Source: Octopus vulgaris (Eukaryota). From it: DNA of 64,000 nt. The stretch covers positions 23,002,001 through 23,066,000 of the forward strand of contig OX597830.1 of NCBI GenBank assembly GCA_951406725.2, given 5' to 3'. Each line of letters starts with the position of its first letter. The stretch's first letter is position 1. Below, one piece after another: positions 11,312 to 23,920 of this stretch. The translations under genes were made by a program, and so were the position numbers. A model generated the notes under the pieces. The model was not told the DNA's origin. It saw only the letters and a list, made by a program, of their open reading frames with translations, and did not search any database.

Positions 11312-11879
11312 CAGGGGTCAGTAAACAGGGGTAAATTACCATAAGTGGAATAAAAATGAAATTCTTGGGGGTAATGAGAACTCATTAGACATCAGTAAAA
11401 TTACATAAAAAAATGTGTTCCTTGTTACGACAGACATTTTTCTTCTAGCAACACTGAATCTGTCCAATGTAATGAACGTGTAAATAGATTCAATAAACTT
11501 TTTGAATTCAAAGAATCTATGATTTACTTCCTTTCAAATGAAGCAGGTAATCATCATCATCATCATCATCGTCGTTTAACGTCTGTTCTCTATGCTAGCA
11601 AGGGTTGGACGGTTCGACCGGGGATCTAGGAAGCCAGAAGGCTGCACCAGGCTCCAGTCTGATCTGGCAGTGTTTCTACAGCGGGATGCCCTTCCTAATG
11701 CCAACCACTCCATGAGTGTAGTGGGTGCTTTTTATGTGCCACTGGCACAGGTGCCAGGCAGGGCTGGAAACGGCCACAATCGGATTGGTGCTTTTTACGT
11801 GCCACCGGCACGGAAGCCAGTCGTCAGCACAAATAAATATATTTTGGGGTAATTGGTTAAAAAAGTTCCTCAACCCCTG
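11312..11879. mobile_element. hAT-type MITE with nested RTE 3'-UTR (11551-11822, minus)
   Basis: CAGGGGT...ACCCCTG termini; 8-bp flanks accttatg / acctaatg (7/8 match). Confidence 0.7.
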
Positions 11880-12119
11880 ACCTAATGTCTAATGATATTT
11901 TCAGACTGCTGCTTATTATGTACGATATGTCATTAACGTTAACTCCACAAAGCCAGTATTGAGTACAACACATCTAAGTGTTAAATTATCTCTGTTACTT
12001 CCTGGTCCTGGATTGCAAAAGCATGCACTCCAAAGAGAGAGCTTACACGTCTGTTGACACCAGATTGACTTCTCTGGATATCTATGATAATGCCACTGGG
12101 AAACTGACCAAGTAGTTTT

Positions 12120-12522
12120 CTTTTCCTTTTATTTCTTTCAGTCATTAGACTGTGGCCATGCTGGGGCACCACCTTGAAGAATTTTTAGCTGAATGGATTG
12201 ACCCCAGTACTTGTTTTTTTAAAGCTTGGTACTTATTCTATTTGTCTCGTTTTGATGAGCACACCAACACTGGCTGTCAAGCAGTAGTGGGGAGACAAAC
12301 ACAGACACAAAGACACACACACATATAGATACATACACACACACACACACACACACATACATATGACGGGCTTCTTTCAGTTTCTATTTACCAAATCTGC
12401 TCACAAGGCTTTGGCCAGCTAGAGGTTATAGTAGAAAACACTTGCCCAGGGTGCCACACAGTGGGACTGAACTCAGAACCATATGGTTGGGAAACAAGCT
12501 TCTTACCACACAGCCAAGCCTA
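12120..12522 (-). mobile_element. SINE group A
   Basis: Same head, body and tail motifs in reverse. Confidence 0.85.
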
Positions 12523-12590
12523 TGAATGATACATACTTTTGCAGATGTAGTTCCACAGTTATATATATATATATATATATATACATATAT

Positions 12591-12780
12591 ATAGGGAGAG
12601 TTTATGAAAAAAACAAAAGACGAAGACAGGTAGTGTACAAAACAAACAGATGTATTAGTATAACGCTCAGGAATAGAAAAAGTCTTTTACGTTTCGAGCC
12701 TACGTTCTTCTACAGAAAGGGACATAGAAAAAACAAGGAGAGAAAAAAAAAATGTGTGTAGTGGCTAACGATCTATCCAC
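12591..12780 (-). mobile_element. Penelope-like terminal repeat remnant in a (TA)n tract
   Basis: Second copy at 39908-40033. Minus strand ctgtagaagaacgtaggctcgaaacgt resembles the degenerate hammerhead motif of PLE termini. Confidence 0.5.
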
Positions 12781-13360
12781 CTCAAGGGCTCAATTTCCTA
12801 TTGTCACAGATATCTGTTATGAATGATGTCACATGACAGGCAGTAAAACTAATTTTAGACCAATACATCAATTTCTATCAAGATTTAATTTCTATCAGTG
12901 TTAGAATTAAAAGGCAGCTTCCATTTGAGACTGTTCTGCTGGATGGTATTGAGACATTGACAATAATAATAAGAGTCACCAACAGAGATAAACAGTTGGA
13001 CATCATTGTCTTTTGTAATTAGTGGCTGGAGGTTATTTAAAAAAATGAACAATGAAGAATTGATTGCAAGATACTACTTTATGCTGAACTGAGACCACTT
13101 TATGCTGAAAGGGATGAAATGTGAATGGATAATCTTCTGAATCACAAAAATCAAGCTACAGAACCTTTTTGTGTTGGAGAAGTTTAACAAAAGACACACA
13201 TACAGGATCTAGTGAGATATGATAGAAGAATTGATGGGGCTGTTAACTTGCTGCAGATAGGGATCAGTGGTGGAAGCTAGATTGGCCAGTATTGAGTACA
13301 GAATATTGCTTAAATTGTGGCTACCTTCTTCCTCACAGAAAAAGAAAAGACTGTTGAAGA

Positions 13361-13400
<40 letters not shown>

Positions 13401-13642
13401 ACTTTATTTAAAGCAGCAGAAAATGGTTCCAGGTTCAGTCCCATTGCATTGTGTTGGAGAAGTTTAACAAAAGTCATACAGAAAATTCAACAAAACCTGT
13501 TACGAATGGGAATGTGAAACTCAGAGTAACAGGTTTTGTTGAATTTTCTGCTGCTTTAAATAAAGCATATTACTCTCTACCACTGGTATTTGAGTACTCT
13601 TTTTTTTTTCCACCTTGTTTCACATTTATGTGTTTATTCCGG

Positions 13643-13673
<31 letters not shown>

Positions 13674-13707
13674 ATATATGAATGTGTATATATATTATAT
13701 ATGACAG

Positions 13708-13880
13708 GCGAGGCGTGGCGTGGCTATGTGGTTAGAAGCTTGCACCCTGACCACATGGTTCCAGGTTCAGTCCCATTGCATGGCACCTTGGGCAAGTGTT
13801 TTCTACTATAGCCCTGGGCTGACCAAAGCCTTGTCAGTAGATTTGGTAGATGGAAACTGAAAGAAGCCTGTCGAATGTGC

Positions 13881-13922
<42 letters not shown>

Positions 13923-14105
13923 CTATGTGTGTGTGTCTGTGTATGTAACCCTGCCATTGCTTGACAACCAATGCTGGTGTGTTTATGTCCCTGCAACTTG
14001 GCTTAGCAAAAGAGACTGATAGAATAAGTACTAGGCCAACTAAAAACCCTTCAAGGTGGTGCTCCAGCATGGCTGCAATCAAATGACCGAGATAAGTAAA
14101 AAAAA
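13708..14105 (+). mobile_element. SINE group A
   Basis: Head ggcgtggctatgtggttagaag...ggttcagtccc, (TA)n core, standard tail. Confidence 0.88.
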
Positions 14106-14859
14106 AAATGCTTTAGCCTTTCATATCTTCTAGCATAAAGCCCAACCCCCCCAGGGCTCATCACTGTGTAAGATGCATGGTGGCCTCACTGATGCAAAGC
14201 TGTTAAATGGTTGGCTTTAAGATGGTCATCCAGCTGTAGAAGCCATGACAAAGCAGACATTGGAACCACTGCAGTCCTGTCAAACTGCTCAATTCATGCC
14301 AGCAAGGAACATGAAAGATAAGGCATTGAAAGATAAGGAAAATAATTATGATAATGATGACATTGTGTAAGCGTAGAGAGGTGGGGTGGGGGAGAGAGAG
14401 AGGGAAGAGAGAGAGAGGGCTAGATAGACAGACAGACAAAGTAGATAAATAGAAAGATAAATAGATAGAGAGCTAGATAGACAAAGGGAAGTAGATAGAT
14501 AGTGAGAGAGAGAGAGACATAGACAAAGAGAAGTAGAGGGAGAGAGAGATGGAGAGAGATTGCGAAAGGAGACAGCAGAGTGAGTGCAAGTTATGTGCTG
14601 AATGTCCAGTCTTTTATTGTTGTGGTCATTAAGTCCATTGTAAATCTGAGCAAGCAGAGCTATGATCAATGGCAATCCATCGGTGACCATCTCATTTGTT
14701 TCCTATGTCTGGGGAACTAAGGACATACAATCTAATGTCTGCTATTGTATTATGGTAGGATGTGATTTGAGAGCAATCTGACTGCTATTTCTAGCTAGGC
14801 AAGCGTTCACAGAAAGAATCTTATAAAATTTACAGGGTAAATGATACTCTCTCCTCTGG

Positions 14860-15113
14860 CTTACACACCACCACTACTACCACCTCTACAACAACGAACA
14901 TCATTGCTGCTGCTGCTACTACTACTACTACTGCTGCTGCTGCAACTAATACTACCACCACCACTGCGACGACTACTACTACTACCACCGCGACTACTAC
15001 TACTAACTACTACCACCACTACTACTGCTGCTGCGACTACTACTACTACTGCTGCGACGACTACTACTACTACTACTGCTGCTGCGACTACTACTACTAC
15101 TACTGCTGCTGCG

Positions 15114-15144
<31 letters not shown>

Positions 15145-15152
15145 TTACTACT
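14860..15152. repeat. Compound trinucleotide microsatellite (CTA/CTG/CCA)n
   Basis: Direct inspection; includes a higher-order gctgctgcgact(act)n unit. Confidence 0.9.
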
Positions 15153-15817
15153 AAGTGTGCTTGATCAAGGTGACCTAGGGCTAAACAACAACAACAAGAG
15201 CTGCTACCCACTCCATACATCAACCAGAATTTCTTTAATCCTCCAGAGATAAAATACTTATTTTCCTTATCACCACCGCCACTACTGCTGCCGTCACCAT
15301 TCCTACTGCTACCACCACCACCACCATCAGTTCATTCCTCCCACACCAAATGAACCCTACCACATGGAATGTAGCTCAGTGATGGACTTACTGGCCTCCC
15401 ACCTCCAGCTAACGACAGCTGCATCTTATATATACACACACACATACATATATACACACACTCGCAAGCACAAACACAAACACACACACACACCAATGCC
15501 GCTAAATAGAGTTGAGCACATAAAAGGTTACAGTTTTCTACAGAAGTATACCAAAATTCCATAGCAAAATACATATACATAAACACGCACACACAAAATG
15601 CAGATCTGTACAAGAATCCATACAGAGAAAAAAGACACTGTTTCACAAGCAGAGCTGATTATGAAAGAAAAAAATAAATTTTAAATTATACAACTTTTTC
15701 TCTCTCTCTCTCACGCACAAACACACATGCTTCTTTTTTGAAAATTGCAGGGAGTGAAATTTGAGTCATGAGATAAAAATGCAGTTTGAATAAGTTTATT
15801 AAAGTGTGTGTGTGTGT

Positions 15818-16765
15818 GTAGGGGTGCCAAAAAGTAATCAGAAAAGATGATTGTAGCTCAGGTTTCCACCGTTAGAAGCCACTTGATGTGACCTTCAGCC
15901 ATCAGTATGCCAACATGTGTTGTCGAGTGTAGTCCTACAGCCACATCATCATCATCATCATCGTTTAACGTCCGTTTTCCGTGCTAGCACGGGTTGGACG
16001 GTTCGACTGGGGTCTGGGAAGCCAGGGGCCGCACCAGGCTCCAGTCTGATCTGGCAGTGTTTCTACAGCTGGATGCCCTTCCTAACGCCAACCACTCTGA
16101 GAGTGTAGTGGGTGCTATTTATGTGCCACCTGCACAGGTGCCAGAGGAGTCTGGCATTGGCCACGATCGGTTGGTGCTTTTAATGTGCCACCGGCATGGC
16201 AGCCAGCCAAGGCGGTGCTGGCATCGGCCACGTTCGGATGGTGCTTTTTATGTGCCACCGGCACAGAAGCCAGTCAAGGCGGTGCTGGCATTGGCGGTGC
16301 ATTTTTGCTTTGCAGTGCTTCCCCACCTTTTCATTGATTTTTTTTTTTGCAATGGCTGAAACGAAGGAATAGCATGCTTCTGTGAAACTCTGCTCCCTGC
16401 TGGGGAAAATGGTGGCCGAAACAGTTGTCATGCTTCCAACAGCTTACAAGGGTGCTGCCATGAGCAAAAACACAAGTTTATGAGTGGTTTTTGCACTTTA
16501 GGAATGGTCACTTGTCACTTGAAGACCAACCTCTGTCAGGGCCTCTGTTGACCTCCCGAACAAATGGAAACATCAGGAAAATTCATGAACTGATCTTGGA
16601 GGACCATCACTGAACAATTGACAAACTTGTTGATATAACTGGCATGTCCTGAAACTTTTGCCAATGAAATTTGAGTAATTTTGGAGGTGATAAAAGTCCA
16701 AACAAAAAAAAACTAAGTGGATAAAACAATAATGCAAAATTCCAATTTCTTTTGGGTACCCCTCG
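15818..16765 (+). mobile_element. Deleted mariner element with nested RTE 3'-UTR (15944-16295)
   Basis: Imperfect TIRs (aggggtgccaaaaag / cttttgggtacccctcg|TA). HTH region LLGKMVAETVVMLPTAYKGAAMSK..VYEWF..FRNGHLSLEDQP.SG. Confidence 0.8.
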
Positions 16766-16834
16766 TATATAGTTAATCCTATATGTAACCTGAATAACTT
16801 TCTACCCTTGCTTCGGTTAGGGTAATGGTGACTG

Positions 16835-17062
16835 GTGATGAAAAAATATGAATTCTGTATATGAGGTCAGAACAGTACTGAAAGAGTATTTTTCATCATG
16901 GACAAGTAAATTTTGGAAGAGGGACCTTGCAAGTCTATCAGCTAGATGGAAGAGCATTGTAGAAAATGAAGGGGAGTATATTGTAGATGAAAAAATAACT
17001 TTATCTTAATTTTGAAAAATAAAAGAAGCATAAAAAACTGCATTATTTATGGGATGACCCAA
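16835..17062 (+). mobile_element. Mariner 3' fragment with right TIR
   Basis: EVRTVLKEYFSS..KFWKRG / LSARWKSIVENEGEYIVD then gcattatttatgggatgacccaa|TA. Confidence 0.75.
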
Positions 17063-17379
17063 TATATGCATTCCTGATGAGCCATTGGTGATATAGAATA
17101 TTTTGTTAGTCTAACGATTGGGCATTAAATATTTTTATCCCCCTTTCGGTTTAAATTTGAGTTATTGGAGAGACATACCTTCTTTCTGAACTAGCCACCC
17201 ACTAAAATAAACCCCCCCCACACACACACCCAAACTGTATGTTTAGCTCTGTACAGCCAGCTCCCTGATGCAAAGAGAAGCATAATCACACCATAGCTAA
17301 GGTACAAGGACAAGTTCAGAGCTAACCTGAAATATTTGAGAAAAACTGCATGTCATGGGTCAGTTTGACCAAGTCTGAC

Positions 17380-18460
17380 CTGCAATCATTGCCATATCTT
17401 TTGCTAATGCTTTCATATTTGCTGATAATTGTTGTATGTTGCTATTGTCATGTCTGTTGCAATTGTTATTGTTGTTATGTCCCTTGCAATTGCTATTGTC
17501 ATGTCCGTTGCAATTGTCATCATACCTTTTGTTAGTGTTGTTATATATGCTGCTAATTCTTGCATGTTGCTATGCCTGTTGCTATTGTCATGTTTGTTGC
17601 AATTGTTATAGTTGTTACGTCCACCACAAGTACTATTATGCCTGGTGCTATTGTCGTTAAGTCAGTTGCAATCAACATCATATCTTTTGCTAATGCTGTT
17701 ATACAAATAAATAAATGCACTCTTTTAAAGTGTAGCCAGGCTCATGGGCCCAGTTTCCTGGTTTCTATGGCGTATGTGTTCCCCAGCTGGACGGGACGCC
17801 AGTCCATAGCAGCGTTACTCATTTTTGCCAGTTGAGTGGACTGGAGCAATGTGAAATGAAGTGTTTTGCTCAAGAACACAATGCGTTGCCCGGTCCAGGA
17901 ATCGAAACCACAATCTTACAATCATGATGCTGACACCCAAACCACTAAGCCACACGCTGCCACTAATGTTGTTATATTTGCTGCTAATTCTTGCATGTTG
18001 CTATGCCTCTTGCTATTGTCATGTCTGTTAAAATTGCTATAGTTGTTATGTCCATTGCAGTTGCTATTATGCCTGGTGCTATTGTTGTTAAGTCTGTTGC
18101 AGCCATCATCATATCTATTGCTAATTTCAGTATAACTCCTGCTAATTTTGCCAGGCACGTTGCTAATTGTTTATGCTTGTTGCTATGTCGGTTGCTGTGG
18201 TTGTTAAATCTGTTGCAACTGTTTTAAAACTTTTGCTAACGTTGTTATACCTGCTGCTTATTTTGTCAGGCATGTTGCTATTGCCATGCTTCATTACTCT
18301 AGTCACTACGTCTGTTGCTATTGCCACATCTGCCGCAATCATTGCTAAGTCTGTTGCAATTGTTATACATGTTATGTCTATAGTTATTGTTGTCATGTCT
18401 ATTGCTGCTGTTGTTACGCCGGCTGCTTTGTCTGCTGTTATAGTCATTAGTGCTTGAGGC
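17380..18460. repeat. Degenerate GTT/GCT-rich tandem repeat (gttgctattgtcatgtct-like), split by a SINE
   Basis: Recurrent gttgctattgtcatgtctgttgcaatt units; 17525-17700 recurs at 17963-18125. Confidence 0.8.
17704..17958 (-). mobile_element. SINE group C with V-domain-like body
   Basis: Minus strand: tRNA-like head gcgtgtggcttagtggtt...gtttcgattcc, shared core, then gctatggactggcgtcccgtccag and a (TTTA)n tail. Related copy at 37975-38240(+). Confidence 0.75.
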
Positions 18461-18814
18461 CCGTGTTGTAGTAATCAACATTCCGAAACATCAAGGTACC
18501 ACTGTCTTCATGCGCTAACAAGGTGTAATAACACAATATGTAATGTTAGATCAAGAAGACAGCTTAACACTTTGAGGTAACATGGCCTTTGTTACAGACG
18601 GTAAAACCATTTATTTAGTCACTCTGCAAGCATCTCCCTTAGTTTTATTTCCTCTCTGATCTGCCGTTGCAGCCACCATCACCACTACTGCCATCACCAC
18701 CGCCACTATTAACTAACTACTTTACCAGCTTTACAGATAGTGCTTGCTGTTTGTTTTAGATGTTGTCATATCTATCTAGAACAGTCTAGGAGTGTAGTGT
18801 AGATTTACAGAGTA

Positions 18815-19190
18815 AACTGATGATGATGATGATGATGATGACAGAAGTGATGATGGTTAAGTTGGTAGTACTGGTGATAGTAGTACGTGGTGATGATGAT
18901 GATGGTGATAATAGTGGTGGTGGTGGTCATTGCAGTGATGATGATGATGATGATGATGATGATGGTTATAGTGATAATGCTGCTGATGGTGGTGGTGGTC
19001 ATTGCAATAATGATGATGAGACTGATGATTATGATGGTAGTGCTGGTGGTGGTCATGGTAATGATGATGATAACAGTGATGATGTTTATGGTGGTAATGA
19101 CGACTATGAAGATGATAATGATGAAGTTCTACAGTTTCTGCCTCCCTATCACCCCAATAAAAGCAACAACAACAACAACAACTGCAACAA
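18815..19190. repeat. Compound (GAT/GGT)n and (CAA)n microsatellite
   Basis: Direct inspection. Confidence 0.9.
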
Positions 19191-19384
19191 ACAATGATTT
19201 CATTCATTGCCACTTGGGTGAAAGATGGTGGGGTGGGGGTGAGGGTGGCATTAGCCGGAAGGATTACAAATGAAAGATGAAGCTTAACATCAAATATGGA
19301 GAATGTAAACAATAACAGCAATTCGAAACAACAAAAAAATATTTTAAACATACTACTACTACTACTACTACTACTACTGCTGCT

Positions 19385-19607
19385 GCTGCTAATCCTTTTG
19401 ACTATTGGCCCAAAGCTTGAAATTTTGGGGGAGAGGGTAAGTTGATTACACTGACCCCAGTACTTGACTGGTACTTGTTTCCTTGACCCCAAAAGGATGA
19501 AAGGCAAAGTTGACCTCGGTGGAATTTGAACACAGAATGTAAAAATAGATGAAATACTGCAAAGTATTTTGTCTGGCCTGCTAACGATTCTGCCAGCTCA
19601 CCACCTC
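19385..19607 (-). mobile_element. SINE group B
   Basis: aaaggatgaaaggcaaagttgacctcggtggaatttgaac...gattctgccagctcaccacc. Confidence 0.8.
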
Positions 19608-19649
19608 CAGAACAACAACAACAACAACAACAACAGTAATTATGATGGA

Positions 19650-19945
19650 TTCTCCTGTTGATGATGATGTATGAGTGTTCAGCTCAAGCCGAATGACCTG
19701 CACAAATTATTTGTTTATAGCGATCAAATGTACATGTTGTGCATCAGCTCACTTCCTGTCCATCAAGTCGATGTTACCTGAACAGGTGCACTGTGTACCA
19801 CGCGTCAGGTGTCAAAGTGATTTTGTCATTAACATGAAATGAAGTGCTTTGCTCAAGAACACAACACATCACTCGGCCCAGGGATTGGAACCATGACCTT
19901 GTGATTGTGAGCGCAACACCCTGACCAGTTGGCCATGTGTCCTCA
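19650..19945 (-). mobile_element. SINE group C with a different tail
   Basis: Same head and core (gtgatgtgttgtgttcttgagcaaagcacttcatttca) followed by an unrelated body ending in (CAT)n on the minus strand. Confidence 0.6.
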
Positions 19946-21676
19946 CTCTGAATAATAATAATAATAATAACAATAATAATAATAATAATAATAATAACAA
20001 CAACAACTAGTGGGACCTGTGAATATTTCATGGAATTAATGGTAAACCTATTCAGTTATTTCTGAAAACTTTATCCAAAAAACCTGAAAGTGTGTCCTGT
20101 GTTGTGTCTGTATGGAAAGATAGTCGCTCATCTGCTCCTCATTGAAAAGCGAAAGAAGTTGGAATATGATGATTACTTTATACACTTTATATACTTTATG
20201 CACAATTTTATAGACTTAATACACAGCACTCATAAAATATTCAGTTTTATTTTTCCATTTATTCTATAAACAAAACCAAAAAAATATCCTCTACATATGA
20301 TACAACCTGTTGTTAAATGGCATATATCTGCAATGTAAATAAGCATGAATATTTCATGGAATCGCACTTATGTGCATGCAGTAAGTGTTGGGTGATATAA
20401 AAAACTTAGATGCCCTTTCTAACGCCAACCATTCTGAGAGCATAATGGGTGCTTTTAAGTGCCACTGGCATGGGTGCCATTTGTGTGACACTGGTATCTG
20501 CAATTTTGCTTGGCTTGATGGGTCTTCTCAAGCACAACACAATGCCAAAGGTCTCGGTCATTGCCTCTGTGAGGCCCAACACTTGAAAGGAATCTCAACC
20601 ACTTTGCTTCTGTGATGCCTAATGCTCAAAAGGAAATCACTGGTCACAATGCGCTTTGCATTGTTTACAGCCTTCAAAAGATATCACCCTGCTGGCTAAG
20701 AAGGCAGGCCAGCATTTTCCTTGATCAGAAGAAAAGTCTGAGTGGACTGGAGCAATGTGGAATGAAGTGTTTTGCTCAAGAACACAATGTATTGCCCAGT
20801 CAGGGAATTGAATCCACGATCTAGCGATCATGAATGCAACACAGTAACCCCTAGACCAGGCACCTTTACACTTAGAGTGAGGTTCTTCGGAATTGACCCG
20901 GGAAAGGATGAAAGGCTAAGTTAACCTCAGTGGGGTTTGAACTCAGGACATAATTTAGCTGAAACAGATGCTGCAATGCACTTTCCTTTTGATGCATAAA
21001 TGCATGCATGAGCAACCTTTTCCATGACAGTGGTAGTGGTGGTGGTAGTGATAATGGTGGTGGTGATGAAGAAGGGGGAGGGGAAGAAGAAGAAGAAGGA
21101 GAGAAGAAGGAAGAAGAACAAGAAGAAGATGAACAAGAAGAAGAAGAAGAAGAAGGAAGAAGGAGAAGAAGAATGAGGGAGGGGAAAAAGAGTAGAAGAA
21201 ATGAGATGAAGAAAGCAGAGGAGAAAAACAACTGTAACAACAACAACAGTAACAACCATACTAATGATAATAATAGGTATAGTTATCATCCCAATTTAAA
21301 GTATATAAGGCAGATTGTTTTGTTTTACTTTGGTGGTTTGTATTTACAGATTCTATTCACTTCAGGTGATGAAGAAACGGCTGCCAGAAAATAGTGTCTC
21401 TGCTAATTGGTTTGTGTGTGTGTGTGTGTGTATGTGTGTGTTTGGTGCATCAGCACTCAAATACATGTCTCTGCATATTTGCATTTATAACTTACACACA
21501 CCTATGTATGAACCCCAGGAGCAAGAGAAAAATTAGAAAAGAAAACCAGAAGGACTTATTTTATCAAGTAGATTCTATTATTTGGAAAACCATTTTATTG
21601 CTTTTTTCTTTTTTACTTCCATCTTTATTAGATTTTTTTTTTTATAACACATGCATACATATGCATTTGTATATGC

Positions 21677-21721
<45 letters not shown>

Positions 21722-21767
21722 CATATATAGAAATCATGTATTTATCTATATATTTATTACACATATA

Positions 21768-21984
21768 CGAGGGAGTGCTGCAAAGTTCTTGGCTTTAAGG
21801 GTTTCACGAAAGGCCTAATTGGAGATCCAACCTTCCAATTTCTTTTACAGGGTTTTAAAAAACTGAAGGACCGCTGCAATAAGTGTGTGAATCTAAGAGG
21901 GGAATATGTTCAATAAAATTATAATTAACCGATCCTCTTGTATTTTCTTTTATCCAAAGCCAGGAGTTTTTCAGCATCCACCCT
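21768..21984 (+). mobile_element. Mariner-derived MITE (~215 bp)
   Basis: TA|CGAGGGAGTGCTG..AAGTT terminus and transposase tail KLKDRCNKCVNLRGEYVQ*. Further copies at 27627-27843(-) and 33993-34192(-). Confidence 0.8.
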
Positions 21985-22011
21985 GAATATAGAAATTTGT
22001 GTATGTATATA

Positions 22012-22372
22012 TTCTTTTATTCTTTTACTTGTTTGTCATTTGACAGTGGCCATGCTGGAGCCCCGCTTTTAGTCGAATGAACAGACCCCAGAATTTATTC
22101 TTTGTAAGCCTAGTACTTAAACTTTCAGTCTCTTTTGCTGAACCGCTAAATTACAGGGATGTAAACATACCAACATCGGTTGTCAAGCGATGGTGGTGGG
22201 GACACACACAAACATATACATATATATATATGATGGGCTTCTTTCAGTTTCCATCTAACAAATCCATGCACAAGGCTATAGTTGGCCCGATTCTATAGTA
22301 GAAGACACTTGCCCAAGGTGCCATGCAGTGGGACTGAACCTGGAACCATGTGGTAGGGAAGCAAGCTTCTTA
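22012..22372 (-). mobile_element. SINE group A
   Basis: Standard motifs in reverse. Confidence 0.85.
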
Positions 22373-22911
22373 AATATATTACATATACTGTGTATATTTG
22401 TTTGCTTGTTTTACAACAATTTTCCCATGCTTGGACAGATATGTTGAGGGATATATAATACAGCTGAATGCTCTCCATAATGCTAACCTTTAGTTGTTTT
22501 TCAAGTAAGGGATCTCTTATTCCACATGGTTTGGAAGGCACAAAATGGCAATGTGACAGATGGATAATACTGATGGATAATACTTGACACTATGGTCAAC
22601 GTCATCTACACAATAAATTTGACTCTAATCTCGTTAAAGAGCCACACCATCATTAAATGTCCCGATGAAAATTGTCTTAATCCTTTTGATAGCAAACCAG
22701 CGGAGATCACCCTTGGTTCTATAACACAACCGTCTTGCTTTAAAAGGGATCTTGATTAAAAACCTTCCATTAAGATTTACTGTTAATTTATGTTCCAAAC
22801 ACCAGCTTAATAAGCGAAACTTAATTGAAGCCAATGATGCAGATGCTTTAGCAGAAATATGGTAAGAAAACAGTTAAAATTACTTTAAGACAATAACTCA
22901 CATATTACATG

Positions 22912-22944
<33 letters not shown>

Positions 22945-23722
22945 ACATATATGTATGCACACGCACACACATGTACATGCATATATATATATGCATACAT
23001 ACATAAACAACATATATATATACACATACATATATACATTTACACATACACACATATACACATACATACATAACCATATATAATCACACACATACATATG
23101 TACATACACACATACATACCCATACATACACACACACACGACTTTAGCTAGAAACCCTCACATGCAAAATGGCTGATAACACTATAATTTCTATACACAA
23201 GTTCATTATTGAAGCCACCAACACTAAACAACATATATAAAACATTAACCACATTATATACACATTAGCCCACATTATGCACACATTATCACCCAACGGT
23301 ATATAATTTTGGCAAAGATTTGTATTGCACATACATTTTTTTTTTGTATATTAATATGTCTAACAGCATCACATTACACACACACACACACACACACACT
23401 CCAGTGTATTGTAATTCCAACACATAACATTGTTTGCAATGCCGTGAGTTCATCATTCTATAAAGCCATAATTTTAATATTGTATTTATGCCCGGAGAAG
23501 GTTACGACTCATAAACACACATCACATTAGTACAAAGTTAACCGATACCACTTGGAATACTAGATACAACATTACATACATACACACACACACACACACA
23601 TAAATACACACATAATTAGATACATAGATACAAACACATATATTATACATATATAACACCTGCATGTATTATATATAATATATATGAGTATGTGCATATA
23701 TGTATGTGTGTGTGTATGTATG

Positions 23723-23754
<32 letters not shown>

Positions 23755-23802
23755 AGTGAGTGTGTGCACACATTTGTGTATATATATATGTGTATATATG
23801 TA

Positions 23803-23839
<37 letters not shown>

Positions 23840-23884
23840 GTCTGTGTGTGTGCATGTATTTGTATTATACACACATCTATCTCT

Positions 23885-23920
<36 letters not shown>

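Noticed and set aside
14841-15223. Mucin-like poly-Thr ORFs (also 40945-41353) and poly-Glu ORF 21008-21394
   Set aside because: Trinucleotide microsatellites.
17350-18481. Hydrophobic VAIVMS-repeat and Cys/Tyr-rich ORFs
   Set aside because: Translations of a degenerate tandem repeat interrupted by a SINE; no splice or domain support.
18805-19507. His-, Asp- and Met-rich ORFs resembling biomineral or reflectin-like proteins
   Set aside because: (GAT/GGT)n microsatellite; no reflectin motif; open in several frames.
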